Positions 30,001 through 32,851 of a stretch of 64,000 nt of DNA are shown piece after piece. The position numbers and the translations under genes are program-made. The stretch comes from an uncultured Gammaproteobacteria bacterium (GTDB lineage Bacteria; Patescibacteriota; Microgenomatia; Levybacterales; GWA1-39-11). How positions within the stretch are numbered: position 1 is the first letter of the stretch; every line of letters begins with the position of its first letter. The notes beneath the pieces are model-generated. The model searched no databases. It saw only the letters and a program-made list of their open reading frames with translations, and was not told the DNA's origin. The DNA lies in NCBI GenBank assembly GCA_964409875.1, contig CAYPEN010000001.1, positions 356,275 through 420,274 of the forward strand. The letters are read 5' to 3'.

Positions 30001-31563
30001 ATCTACTCTGAGAAGCCAGGTTTCAGACTCTCGCAGGTCGGTGGAATCAATGGAGATAAAGCAGTTCCGGTTGCACTTAACGGCCGCGTACCGGTCAAGG
30101 TCAATAATGAAAATGGACCAATTCATAAAGGTGATTACTTGACAACCTCCTCTACTCCGGGTGTTGCGATGAAGGCAACTAAGCCAGGACAGGTCATAGG
30201 TAAAGCATTACAGGACTTTAACGGAGCTAATGGCAAGATTACAGCTTTCGTGAATATCAGCTTTGCAGACCCAGGCAACTTTATTGCCAATCTTACCTCG
30301 GGCGATAAGACACTTTCATCAAGTGTTGTAAGTTCCGATTCAATTAAGCTTCCGCAGAATCTTGTAATTAACGGAAACGTTATCAATGGAAGCCTGTCAG
30401 ATGGTCTTCTTGCCCTCTCAGCAGGAATTAATAATACCCAGAGTGGAATTGACAGAATATCTCTGGCACTAGGCGAGACAAATGCGAAGACAGATGCCAT
30501 TGCCCTTAAGATTGCCTCACTTGAGGAGAAAAATGCATCTAACTCGGCTGCCATCGCAAAGGCCTTAGAGAATGGAGAGGAACTGGACGTCAAAGTCTCC
30601 TCCACCTCATCAGAGCTTGAGAATATTAATGTCAGAATTGAAGCAATACTTTCGCGTCTGAATGCGACAACAGCCTCGAATAGCTCCAATGTAGCGCTAG
30701 CAACCCCATCTGCAACCACAGCAACAGATAGCGCCTCTCCGAGCTATCTTGCAGTAACCGGAGGAAATGTCAGCTCGCCTGATAGCCTTATCAGCCAATC
30801 TGTTCCGACAGTCGATATAGCTACCCGCTCAACAGCTACGCTTCCAGCAGGAGACACCGATTCGCTTACTGTAAGAGACGGTCTCAAGTCTCTTGGCTCA
30901 ACATACCTTGGCAACACTACTGTTACAGGTGCTGTGACCGTTGCCGGACAAGCATACCTGTCCGACACAGACGTTGTAGGCAAGCTCACAGTGAATAACA
31001 CAATTACAATTACTGAAAACGCGGTAAATGTTCTGGGTGAGTCAACATCAAAAGACGAGGTGACCGGTGGCATTTTGTACTTGCAAAACGCTCCGCAAGC
31101 GGTCGGCCTTGATATCTTCTCTGGCAAAGTAACAATTGACAAGAATGGCAACCTCACAACCCAGGGCAGTGTCAATGTAAAAGGTAATCTCAATATTGAA
31201 GGTGCGATAACGGTTACTGCTACTGCGGGTGAGGAAATTAAGGCTCATGATGCGTTATATATCTCTGGCGAAAATACCGTAAAAAGAGCCGATGCAACAA
31301 TTGCCGAGCGTGCAAATGTAGTTGGAATTGCAGCTTCAGACACGAAGAAAGGCGCAATCGTTACTATCATCATAGGTGGGAAAGTAAAAGGATTCAAGAA
31401 CCTGCAGGCAGGAAAGAAGTATTACTTGCAAACAAATGCCGGTATTACCCCTACTCCTCCGCTAGGAAACGCAGTTTCGGTTCCTGTCGGTGTTGCATTC
31501 TCAAAGGATGAACTTCTCATCCAGCTCTCCTCAACGCAAGAGAATACGACCCAATCCAATTAA
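1..31563 (+). CDS. giant repetitive extracellular fibre/adhesin-like protein (>=10,502 aa inside window; 5' end upstream of window)
   Basis: Frame 1 is open from nt 1 (ATDGTITATGDINANSG... continues the repeat seen downstream) to TAA at 31561-31563. Thr/Gly/Asn/Ala-rich. Repeated LFNTNATTLNIGGAATT modules, 16 LC[VI]DGSNxVxKC units, ERVRIDSNGNVGIGTTSPLATLDV tail-fibre-like motif, LamG domain and two IMC-like domains near the C-terminus. Minus-strand ORFs inside it are V/P/A-rich antisense artefacts. Confidence 0.9.
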   Translation, partial: ATDGTITATGDINANSGVLATTQSSASLFNTNATTLTIGGAATTLTLGASTGTATINNTTVVAPNSQFGIGTASPISALYVTRPLTLGSTGKALAIFDQIENQDILTASASGVTKFTVSNTGNVTAAGNLDITGTSQLTGNVTTSGDLAVNGGDITTTNATATLFNTNATNLSIGGAATTVSLGAGTGTTTVNNNLSVSGTTTSTGLITANGGLTVASNQTLTANGSVAIDPNGANDITITTDFSAGSYLTITGLDTQTGNTLCVDGSNNVVKCSAASTTLQSAYNGGNTITTSDNRDIAFTLSDTTTDSNFTVTTADNSTSYSAFTRANGAGTSDPSQLILVDNLDTDRAIAAGIKIQAAAGGITNALDVSDPEIVNALSFGLNDIIGTHVTITGSNGNIATDGTVNATGDITTGGDLAVNGATSADVTTTTTTATVFNTNATTLNIGGAATTLTLGASTGTATIANGTVTFSNATAFDALTALARVDSLQVGGGYGSTGVTVSNTGNIQANGTLTVDGLSTLTGGVTSPGNITTTGTGAITSAGTLTASNGLTLTTGALSLTATSGSLSLSGLGASSLNFGANDVTFTSANFNTTSTGINGTAIGATTPSTGNFTNLTTTSNASFSGNLTLAGAPRSIQTTENNTLTLGGNTTGNINLSPLNGVGIVTVNGNTVVSGSNTLTVGTGLTTLGGALNVAGTSTFTGNISQTGATTFSTGTGNVSLNGNTSVTGSNTFTVGTGLTTLGGNLLAQGTASISGDLTLYSIPTIQSAANQSLTLGGNTTGTINLNDNTNVLGSNTFTVGTGATTLGGTLDVAGVATFTNNISQTGTATFSTGTGNVSLNGNTSVTGTNTFTVGTGLTTLGGNLLAQGTASVSGGLTLYTIPTLQSTANQTLTLGGNTTGDISFKPGNNTSTLYLSSAGKVGIGTSNPLYTLDVINGTANTGTGGYGANPGSFSITGPDLAVGAAGGNMVFTTNSNFAADAGGSIALGGRYISASSNDTIFAKIKGAKENSSSNNRNGYLSFATYNHNADLMIERVRIDSNGNVGIGTTSPLATLDVAGSATISGALTLNSVASIQTTNNQSLTLGGNTTGNIYLNNNTQVLGSNTFTLGASAALIDYGTADFRNSSGLTVGEDLATNTPGQIKFIGAGANNFSTTFVAGTQTQNVTYTLPPDDGNSNYVLVTDGSGGLSWQSSSGIGAGTITAVGNVLSGTAFTGSDSSANKGNQLVFEGSTTVDDANDITLTAVNPVSSVTYTLPDIGTNSDIALLAGTQTFTGAKTFSNGINVSGGNATISGTLTFYGGPQSIQTTNASSLTLGGDTTGDIFLRPRNSTGLVHIVHGNNGNGGLILTDSETDATNKTARIKSTAYNSASSLPVTMMLAANSNTKNQLQIGGGSGSEYATTEILFRTATNLTTTAGTIRLYVGGTDGYVGVGDNNITPVAPLDVLNSGSSGNGEKLALRRSGAGDVGLSFQQNGVSAFGIVNKSGAGNGLAFIDNYWEGDTGVEVARFYASSGVGIGTNGSLPLGTLDVRGIFANSGTQPVASLSGTTTFAGLLVDNAGFGDLLTASTSGATKFVVSNNGSLTAYGSITSGQDKPSGTNNVGGQLKLYSEGDNAYSTVFKTQTQTQNVTYTLPADDGSNNYVLTTDGTGALSWQSASGVGAGTITAVGNVMTGTAFTGNDSSAQKGNNLIFEGSTTTDDANDITLTAVNPAASLTYTLPDLGTNGTFAFLEGSQTFTGAKTFSDLTISDTNVSFSGGNTTLNFGANNATIDASNLLTTGNASISGNLTLAGGARSIQSTAFNTLTLGGSTTGNILLRPQNGTGFVGINVANPQSELDLNGVLSFRDVSGFTSDVGTIQYVTGGVGNGYLRFTGQGTNGTLAEFRDCCNSVFSIGTTGNRSGFGYGLDVGGQLRGDTSIGLYADNTNDTYPSVGFTASGTLAFGAGGASATDTTISRFAKGDLRTTNTILQVQGGNTGGRAALIVDQNGSTTNDLITASSSGATKFEVLNGGGIRIAAGNTIDNLTSGTLSIGTVNASTLNLGTATTGTTNVYGGNINLNGNTNVASGNTFTVVSGQAVITGQNSGGATTLRVNNHTSGGSIAVFQNAAVDVFSILNGGNVAATKELSVLGNVSAGTTTSLTSLYVDGQNSKGRAAFIVNQTASSSNDIFAASSSGTTKFLVANNGDTTISGTTNLNGGATVASGQTLSVLGPVSLDPNGANDITLTTDYTAGSYLNVPGLDTQVGTQLCVDGSNNVVKCAAGSNSLQAAYNGGNTITTSDNRDIAFTLTDTATDSKFTITNQGTANAFVINDTNGATNTLLELQSGGVQKLTIDELGNITTAGDVAVNGGDITTTNATATVFNTNATTLQIGEAATNISIGALTGSTTIHNAVNANGLLTANAGAIVPSGQAFDASGSATFVPNGTNSVTIATDADSFLKLTGLTTPGISGNALCIDASNNVTKCSSSTFTLQGAYNGGNTISTSDNRDIAFTLSNTTTDSNFSVTTATDSTGYSAFTRADGAGTSDPSQLVLIQNLDTNRALPVGLKIAGVSGGNVTTALDLTDSNITTAIALGTNNVNGTNFSITGSSGNITTSGDIAVNGGDLTTSQASATLFDTNATTLNLGGAATTLNLGAATGTATIANNTVSLSNATAFNALSALAKVSSLEVGGAYGSTGVTISSTGDIQANGTLTIDGTSTLTGNVTATGDIAVNGGDITSTSGTATLYNSGVSTVNIGSAATTVTLGAATGTTTVNNNLGVTGTLTSTGLAQFNGNALVPNDRSFDASGAATFAPNATNDVTFNTDSDSTIVLNGLQTATGTTLCVDGSNNIVKCSAASITLQSAYNGGNTITTSAGRDIALTLTDANFSATASAGSNGFSQFALANGSNANPANQIVLVENLDTNEGVTTGIKVQASAGGITNGIDLSDPELVNALALGANDVVATNFSITGSNGNIATNGTITATGDINVNSGTLATNQTTANLFNATATTLNIGGVATTLNLGASTGTATINNTTVNLANATTFTANSAAASFDSLTVGGGYGSTGVTVSNTGNIQANGTLTVDGISTLTGNVTTSGTINANGGTIATNQTTANLFTANATTLNIGSAATTVSLGAGSGTTTVNNALTSTGLITANGGLTVSSSQTLTANGPVSIDPNSSNDIAITTDFSAGSYINITGLDTQNGTALCIDGSNNVVKCANAAATLQSAYNNGNTILTSDSKDIAFTLSDTTTDSNFMVMTATGSTGYSAFTRADGAGTADPAQLVLIQNLDTNRAQPIGLKIAGVSGGNITTALDLSDSNITTAIALGTNNISATHFTLTGSNGNIATDGTITATGDITSTGNLAANGGTLSTTNSSANVFNANATTLNIGGAATTVSLGAGSGTTTVNNSLTVSGSAFDALSALARVDSLQVGGGYGSTGVTVSNAGTIQANGNLTIDGTSTLTGNVTATGDIALNGGDLTTTSGTATLFNANATTLNIGGAATTVSIGAGTGTTTVNNNLTVAGNGVYAGTSTFNGDVTISSDRYFNASGSAIFSPAGTESVTVNTDADSFLTLNGLTTPGVAGTTLCIDGSNNVTKCAASTFSLQGAYNGGNTINTSDNRDIAFTLSNTTTDSNFTVTTADGSTGYSVFTRANGSGTSDPAQLVLVDNLDTDRPVAAGIKVQAAAGGITNGIDLSDAEIVNALSLGANDITSTHFTLTGSNGNIATDGTITASGDINANSGTLATNQTTGNLFNATATTLNIGGAATTVSLGAGSGTTTVNNSLTVSGSAFDALSALARVDSLQVGGGYGSTGVTVSNTGNIQANGTLTIDGVSTLTGNITTSGTINANGGTIASTQSSFDLFTSTVTTLNAGTAATTLNLGATTGTATINNATVTLSNATAFNALTALAKVDSLQVGGGYGSTGLTISNAGNIQANGTLTVDGTSTLTGDVTAAGDVAVNGGDITTTAASATLFNTNATTLAIGGAATGLTLGASTGTTTVNNNLVVAKTSTFNGDVTISDSRYLNASGSAIFSPSGTNSVTVNTDADSFLKVTGLTTASGTELCIDGSNNVVKCSGVSVSLQGAYNGGNTIVTSDNRDIAFTLSDTTTDSNFTVTTAAGGSGYSYFALADGTNATPPSQLLLVENLDTNEALPVGIKIQSAAGGITTAIDLSDPEIVTALSLGANDVAATNFSVTGSNGNITTAGDIAVNGADITTSSTGTATVFNTNATTLNIGGAATTYTLGATNATGNIRGTTINFPNATTLSAAGAALTIDSVSVGGGYGSTGTTLSNTGDIQANGNLTIDGTSTLTGNVTTSGDIAVNGGDVTTTAASATLFNTNATTLNIGGAATTLSLGAGTGTTTVNNNLSVSGTTTSTGLVTANGGLTVSSGQTLTASGPVSIDPNGANDITVTTDFAAGSYLIVSGLDTQAGTNVCIDGSNHIVKCANAAVSLQSAYEGGNTIVTSDNRDISFTLSNTTTDSNFTVTTAADSTSYSTFTRANGGSGTNPSQLVLIQNLDSGNALPIGLKIAGVSGGNVTTALDLSDANITTAIALGANSISGTHFTLTGSNGNIATDGTITATGNINANSGTLATSQTTGNLFNTTATTLNIGGAATTYTLGATTATGNIRGTTINFPNATTISAGSAALTIDSLSVGGGYGSTGVSIGNTGNIQANGALTIDGTSTLTGNVTAGGDLAVNGATSADITTTTTTATLFNTNATTLNIGGAATTLSLGAGTGTTTVNNDLAVTGTTTATGLATFNGGATVATGQTFTANGASTFSPDSTNSVTVNTDADSFLKLTGLTTPGTAGSVLCVDASNNVTKCSANTITLQSAYNGGNTINTSNNRDIAFTLTNTATDSNFAVTTATDSTGYSAFTRADGAGISDPAQLVLIKNNDVDRALPVGLKIAGVSGGAVTTAIDLSDANITTALSLGAADVTATNYSITGATGNITTSGDIAVNGGDITTTQASATLFNTNATTLNVGGAATTLNLGAATGTATIANGTVTFSNATAFNALTALAKVDSLQVGGGYGSTGVTIGNTGNIQANGTLTVDGTSTLTGNVTASGDLAVNGATSADITTTTATATLFNTNATTLNIGGAATTLTLGAGGGTTTLTNNLAVTLNDNSVDALDIQEGTNNYINVNTTDGSENISFGNTTTNPTYSFLGTGATTFSGNINANSGTIATNQTTGNVFNTNATTLNIGGAATSYTLGATNATGNVRGTTINFPNATALNASSALATLDSVSVGGGYGSTGTTLSNTGNIQANGTLTVDGISTLTGDVTTSGDVAVNGGDLTTTAATATLFNTNATTLNIGGAATALTLGATTGTTSIRNNLIVSGTSTFNGDVTVSNARSFDASGSATFTPSGTNGVTINTDADSYLTLTGLSSSTGTPICLDGSNHVIACANATLSLQNAYNGGNTIDTSDSRDIAFNLSDTTTDSNFAVTTTTGSTGYSAFTRADGAGTADPAQLVLIQNLDTNRAQPIGLKVAGVSGGNITTGIDLTDSNLTTALALGANNVSATNFSIAGSTGNITTSGDVAVNGGDLTTTNATATLFNANATNLSIGSAATTYTVGSNTATGNIHGTTVNFNNATALNAASALATLDSVSVGGGYGSTGVSISNAGNIQANGDLTIDGASTLTGNSSVGGTFDVTGATTLHSTLAVTSTGTFGGDINANSGTIATNQTTGNIFTTNATTLNIGSAATTVSLGAGSGTTTVNNALTATGLITGNAGVTVPSGQTLSASGQSTFAPNSTNDITFTTDADSTIHITGLSDTTGTPLCLNGTNDVITCSGNSITLQNAYNGGNTIDTSDNRDIAFNLSNTTTDSNFAVTTTTGSTGYSAFTRADGAGTADPAQLVLIKNLDTNRAQPIGLKVAGVSGGNITTGIDLTDSNLTTALALGANNVSATNFSLTGSTGDITTAGDIAVNGGDVTTTSSTGNLFNANATTVNIAGAGTGVTIGANNSGTTTIRNAAVTFSNASTFDALSATAGFDTVNVGGGYGSTGTTLSNTGNIQANGNLTIDGTSLLTGAVTASNGITVSGTTTADIISSKTTANLFNTTATTLNVGGAATTLALGASTGTATINNLTLSLPNATTINATAATANIDTLNVGAGYGSTGVTVSNAGNIQANGDLTIDGLTTLTGNLTETGDIALNGGDLTSSASTFNIVNAGVTTLNIGGAATTVTLGAGTGTTTLNNNLTANLVDNNTDALDIQEASNNYININTTNGSENISFGNTTTNPTYSFLGTGASTFSGNINANSGTIATNQTTGNLFNTTATTLNLGGAATTLTIGATTGTASVRNANVTLPNALVGIGTNSPASALFVTRPANLAFTGKAVAIFDQNENQDIITASASGTTRFTVARTGDVATSGDVNVNGGDIITSTTGTATVFNTNATTLNIGGAATAISIGNGSGSTTVNNALTAAGTISANGGLNVATNQTLQALGQSTFTPSGTNGVTITTDSDSFLTLDGLQSSSGTALCVDGSNHVITCAAASQSLQAAYNNGNTINTSNNRDIAFTLSDTATDSNFTVTTAAGSTSTSKFVLADGSNATPPSQLILIDNADSNQALTSGLKVTASGGAGGGVTTALDVSDSSIVTAIDLGANDIAGTNFSVDGSTGDTTIAGTINANGGTIATTNTSASVFNATATTLNVGGAATSLTLGATTGTASIRNATLSLPNATTVNATGATANFSQVTTGGGYASTGTSITNTGDISAKGNLTIDGTSQLTGALTASAGITVSGASSADLISSKTTANLFNTTATTLNIGGAATTISLGAAGGTTTVNGGLTVASGKTLLAQGQSTFTPSGTNGVTINTDSDSFLTITGLSSVTGSAVCVDGSNHVGTCNAASQSLQAAYNNGNTILTSDNRDIAFTLSDTTTDSKFTVTTATGATGGSEFTRADGAGTADPSQLVLIKNLDTNRALPVGLKIAGVTGGNVTTAIDLSDTNITTALSLGVGDVTATHYTITGSNGNISTDGTLTVKGGTIGTNQASFDLLNATATTINFGGAASTLNIGATGGTATIANDTLSLPNATGINAGSAVLTIDSASIGGGYGSTGIALSNTGDVSANGNLTIDGTSQLTGAVTASAGITVSGASSADLISSKTTANLFNTTATTLNIGGAATTLSLGAAAGTTTVNGNLTVGANKTLTSTGAVSFTPSGTNGVTITTDTDSFLTVPGLTTTVGVQPAVCIDGSNHIVKCDATANNSLQTAYNNGNTIFTSNNRDIAFTLSDTATDSNFTVTTAAGSTSTSKFVLADGSNPTPAAQLVLIDNADANQPATAGLKVTSTGGGGVTTALDVSDASIVTGLALGGSAITGTNFNVASTGDITTAANIAVNGGSITTSGATGSVFDTNATTVTVGSAATSYTLGATTATGNLRGTTINFPNATTISAGSAALNVLSTAIGGGYGSTGLSITNAGDLSTNGNVTVDGTSQLTGAVTASAGITVSGASSADLISSKTTANLFNTTATTLNIGGAATTLSLGAAAGTTTVNGNLTVASSKTLSALGPVSLDPNAANDVTITTDYTAGSYLVIPGLDTQAGSILCVDGSNNVVKCAASSQSLQTTYNAGNTINTSDARDIAFTLSDTTTDSKFTVTTADGSTGYSLFERANGTGVADPSQLILVNNADTNRPVPTGIKVTSSGGGGVTTALDVSDSGITTGLALGATAITGTNFSVTSGGSITAAGDAAINNGNITTTSTGTAAVFNTNATTLNMGGDATAYTLGATTATGNLRGTTINFPNATTISAGSADLNILSTSIGGGYGSTGVTITNAGDISTDGNVVIGGTTTSTGLVTASTGLKVNGASQADITTDKTTATVFNSTATTLKLGEAATTVSIGAGGGTTTVNGALTVASGKTFTANGAVSLAPSGSNGVTINTPNGSSSYLSLLGLTGGAGTSLCIDGSNHVVTCSAGSSAATLQSAYNTGNTINTSDNKDIAFSLSDTSTDSKFTVTTATNSTGGTEFLRADGAGTNDPSQLVLIKNQDTNRALPIGLKVAGVSGGNVTTALDVSDANVVTGLALGASAITGTNFGVATNGDITTGGDIAVNGGDITTSNTTATVFNTNATSVNAFGDATTLILGANNSGTATIRNSTVTLSNATAFNATSATGAFSVLTTGGGYASAGTTIGATGNIQTKGALTIDSTSTLTGLVTASSGIKINGTTSADITTDKTTANIFDSTATTINLGGGATTALNIANGTTNYSAINIGNGNITSGTNTIAIGNGASGTGVEAITIGSTNSSSSLALNAGTGNISLSSAGTLSFTGSGASSTTTFNVPSSLASAFDIKQAGNDYLNISTNGTPSLTFGNGTTNPTYSFAGTGNVTITGDLIVNGGDVSATSGTSVNLFNTAQTTSLNVGGSADVALGGSSKTVTVGGNLTVNGATTSLASTAINLTGNGVTLDQSGTGTLSINTTTNRAITLGSGTLTLNGNTINLAGSAPAIAATTTNAALALDSNGSGALNLQGTNSTGNVNIAGGSGSTGCTITNSTGALVCAGSITSNASTGTVQQGFFTKDYNTKVISNTAGDDYFALATSGGANSLLSLSSSALTTSGVAAFNNAVTISGTAASSTYYGQKLAVTNNQATNADTVYGQYITFTDAGSLANTITGLYVDASTANTADTTYAAVFRNTSGAAGVVGIGTSAPTADLDISSAQTTGNVLKITDNSITSGNFITVSNKNANSVTPSILTLNDRDLTVGGHTDFKAPAGNGTISDVFVYDTTKDSDGGNWTDSDAARSSSWYNETLDHAASTCVEGTDDRCGQRAFPRKAIIVATNSGSNGANVSIYDAKDNSLWMQFQKSGSTDGMIGTATSNTISSVYALNGKLYVGNNGASAGGLYVIDFTRDTAYKYKATGNYNGSLPISSRNSANTWLAYTTTGNSLIPSATINHVRAAYIHGKDYFAVATAGGTRGAVGLFNYTTQTLIANFGANTNSTHVALTPNGTLYYTITSGSNNAIKAKYNAISASGNTQLASVVYGTTSTSNYGATTTDTNTFGSLSFTAGPAPVDATFAPTGLTVVPNSSTVDGTSDVIYAPNADNVLRIDTKYGDETNGMAKYYNANFISEDLIGDIRGYLPFNGSGSLANNTAITGSTVKGNSYISKNANGTGMAYGSGVRGTGLTGMTTDDYICTGSGSTCADDADFDTTTGSMTFGAWVKRSSTGSLQTIMAKMGNANADRAFRLSMSSTDFPTLEVMNGTGTTRTATSGQAITDTTNWHYVVGVFDNSGGNQYLYVDGVQVATTTNTNDSANSGVAFTVGADLSGASNAAADFWNGSIDEPFFTSEVLSATQIQHMYAVGLQALQNHTASRVTGVTGADTYQRLSGGGSAGVGVSTATSVAVDDSNSKVFIGTSDGTTNTGGVSVISNASDSLVDLYSSVNTTKVDDGNNTIAANDVVAVSVSGSPTNGQVLAIGGTNDTTYKVWAETKDVSFQNFIASNYNPFGTTLVQQNLNVNGILSLNNGGIVSTSTNFNIDLPTLSTFSISNSLGTILALTDTATTDTLSLGLAGSRNGAISFQSSGAGISAPTIAADSLGNLTVQTNQSGTNVTVGSGNGAINIVPTSNNNVFVSLGSGGATGDVLYQSNGTTFSTFTDTGRVGVGNFTPTGFKFEVQDSQTASAAAQIYNTSSNTDADGLVVKLGNTSTTTVSTTNHFINFETSGIGIVGSIQGNGGKNVNYKTNGVADFSEYMKKDPNEAIPWGSLVCLGTDGNVHPCNNNGEKAVGVASEFPTFTGGEDLGDSSITVGLSGMVNTVVSSANGDINPGDMIAVSATTGVGVKATQAGAIIGRAVGSYSNADTNATGKILVSVNVGYYDPNNIATHLNWNNGTLTAEGDLVTTGQLSAGTALLGSSGQLSVDANGNMSTTGDIIASSFAITNGKIYSDNNGNLVNQLATDLNGNNNPTKFAFKNAAGMEVMGIDSNGNATISGTLTTNIGNYDLAEDYPTKDATIEAGDVVAIDSDNDTHITKSQKAYDTGVIGIYSEKPGFRLSQVGGINGDKAVPVALNGRVPVKVNNENGPIHKGDYLTTSSTPGVAMKATKPGQVIGKALQDFNGANGKITAFVNISFADPGNFIANLTSGDKTLSSSVVSSDSIKLPQNLVINGNVINGSLSDGLLALSAGINNTQSGIDRISLALGETNAKTDAIALKIASLEEKNASNSAAIAKALENGEELDVKVSSTSSELENINVRIEAILSRLNATTASNSSNVALATPSATTATDSASPSYLAVTGGNVSSPDSLISQSVPTVDIATRSTATLPAGDTDSLTVRDGLKSLGSTYLGNTTVTGAVTVAGQAYLSDTDVVGKLTVNNTITITENAVNVLGESTSKDEVTGGILYLQNAPQAVGLDIFSGKVTIDKNGNLTTQGSVNVKGNLNIEGAITVTATAGEEIKAHDALYISGENTVKRADATIAERANVVGIAASDTKKGAIVTIIIGGKVKGFKNLQAGKKYYLQTNAGITPTPPLGNAVSVPVGVAFSKDELLIQLSSTQENTTQSN
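3520..5190. repeat. ~1.4-kb segmental duplication within the giant gene (YTLP.DDG.SNYVL.TDG.G.LSWQS...TYTLPD module present twice)
   Basis: Protein segments encoded at ~3520-3800 and ~4910-5190 are near-identical (QNVTYTLP.DDG.SNYVL.TDG.GALSWQS.SG.GAGTITAVGNV.TGTAFTG.DSSA.KGN.L.FEGSTT.DDANDITLTAVNP). Confidence 0.7.
6650..24100. repeat. in-frame tandem array of ~16 long repeat units (357-700 aa) inside the giant gene, each carrying a Cys-x10-Cys loop
   Basis: Cys codons of the LC.DGSN.V.KC motif at 6766, 7384, 8494, 9595, 10741, 12178, 13294, 14437, 16192, 17355, 19471, 20542, 21613, 22684 and 23755, plus a more divergent copy at 790. The last four spacings are exactly 1071 nt. 21244-21460 and 22324-22540 are near-identical over >200 nt. 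Confidence 0.85.
27440..27960 (+). other. LamG / concanavalin A-like lectin domain (Laminin_G_3-like) embedded in the giant protein
   Basis: Segment FGAWVKRSSTGSLQTIMAKMGNANADRAFRLSM...NWHYVVGVFDNSGGNQYLYVDGVQVATTT...FTVGADLSGAS...FWNGSIDEPFFTSEVLSATQIQHMY matches the LamG pattern (aWvk...W.hv...ylYvdG...F.G.iDE..f). Confidence 0.65.
29111..30285 (+). other. two tandem phage tail-fibre/spike-type intramolecular-chaperone (Peptidase_G2-like IMC) domains in the giant protein
   Basis: Copy 1 (29111-29508): ADFSEYMKKDPNEAIPWGSLVCLGTDGNVHPC...GKILVSVNVGYYDP. Copy 2 (29865-30285): DLAEDYPTKDATIEAGDVVAIDSDNDTHITKS...GKITAFVNISFADP. Both resemble the ADYAEYFEW...GDYILGVVS signature of phi29 gp12-type and Bacillus-prophage tail-fibre IMC domains, as recalled from memory. 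Confidence 0.55.
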
Positions 31564-31678
31564 GTTTGCTACTTATTGTGGGTCAATCAAAATGCCAAGT
31601 TCACTTTCTTGATATATAAGCAACTAAATAATGTATGTTGCGACTGATTAGTTGCAAATTATTGAGGGTTTCTAACGA

Positions 31679-32781
31679 CTAGTTCTGAGTTGTAATAATT
31701 AATTGAGGAGCAAACTGGCTTTCTTTGCTTCCAAAACTGACTTCTCCCGAAAGAGATTCATCATCTTTCTTTAAGATCCAGCCGAAGTTTGAAGAGCTAC
31801 TATTTAGAAAATCATTCAAGTCAGTCGTCACATTAAAATCAATAGTGCCGGTTTGATTGTTTACGATTGTGTTAGTTGCAGTGGGTAATGAAACGAATGG
31901 CAAAGTACTATTGTTTAGCATATCCCAGGAGGTTGCACAGTCGGTTAGTGTATTTCTTATATTATTATCTACAGAACAGCCCCAAGTTGCGCCTTGTCCC
32001 GTTCCTCGGTCCGGGTTAATTGCACCGTTTATAAATCCATTTCCTTCTACCCAGTCAGATGAGAGCCGATACAGTGAGATGGGGCCTACCTGTAGCGCTC
32101 CAATTATTGGCATTATTTACTATTTTTAATCGTAGGGTTGCATTTGAGATGGTTGAACTTCCTACTGCTGCCTGGATTTGCGATTGGTCAAATTTCACCA
32201 AGGCTCTATTCTTCCCGGTTGACTTCAAACGTAAAAAAGTAGATAGACCTTCATTTTCATTTGGATAATCTTTTTTAATCCATGTATCTGCGGAGGGTGT
32301 TAGTGTAATTGAATTCTGGTTTACTGTGGGATAATCGGATTCAAAGGGCATATTTTCAATCAGGAAATTAGGAGATACCGCTACCTGATTATCGCAGTCC
32401 TGGTTTGCATTTTCATAGACAATACTAAATCGTGCGATAGTATCTCCAAATTGAAATGGGTCACTGCCGAAAGTTCCGGATGTAGAAAATTGTGCCAATG
32501 GTACGATGTTTTGGTCTTGAATGCTATTGTTACTATCAAGCGGAGGATCTGACATATCTTGGGTCGAAGTATTGAGTGCTACCGAAAAAATCTGCAGGTG
32601 AGTTGCTTCCTGTGCAATCGCCAGTTAGGGCAGGAAGAGCAGCAATGTCGCTTGAGGTCCAGGACAAAGAATAATCCCAATTTCCATTGTTGTTATATGT
32701 CGATAAATGCCAGGCAAAAGATGGATTAACAATTCCGAACAAAAATATAAAGAGTCCTGTAAGTACTCCTAACTTTTTCAT
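31679..32781 (-). pseudogene. secreted DNRLRE-domain protein gene, split into three frames by two frameshifts (pseudogene, phase-variable gene or homopolymer sequencing errors)
   Basis: Three overlapping minus-strand ORFs in three frames (32536-32781 with signal peptide MKKLGVLTGLFIFLFGIVNPSFA; 32055-32555; 31679-32113). Together they read as one protein containing LRLKSTGKNRALVKFDQSQI...ISNATLRLKI...NNWSATG...YRLSSDWVEGNG...GATW, a DNRLRE-type domain. Deleting one base in the A6 run 32585-32590 fuses frames A and B. The second shift maps near the G4/C2 run at 32081-32086. Confidence 0.6.
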
Positions 32782-32851
32782 TTATTATATTAAGATTACA
32801 TCTATATATGATTTTGTCAACTGATGGCCTTTATATCAAAAGTGTTATTAC

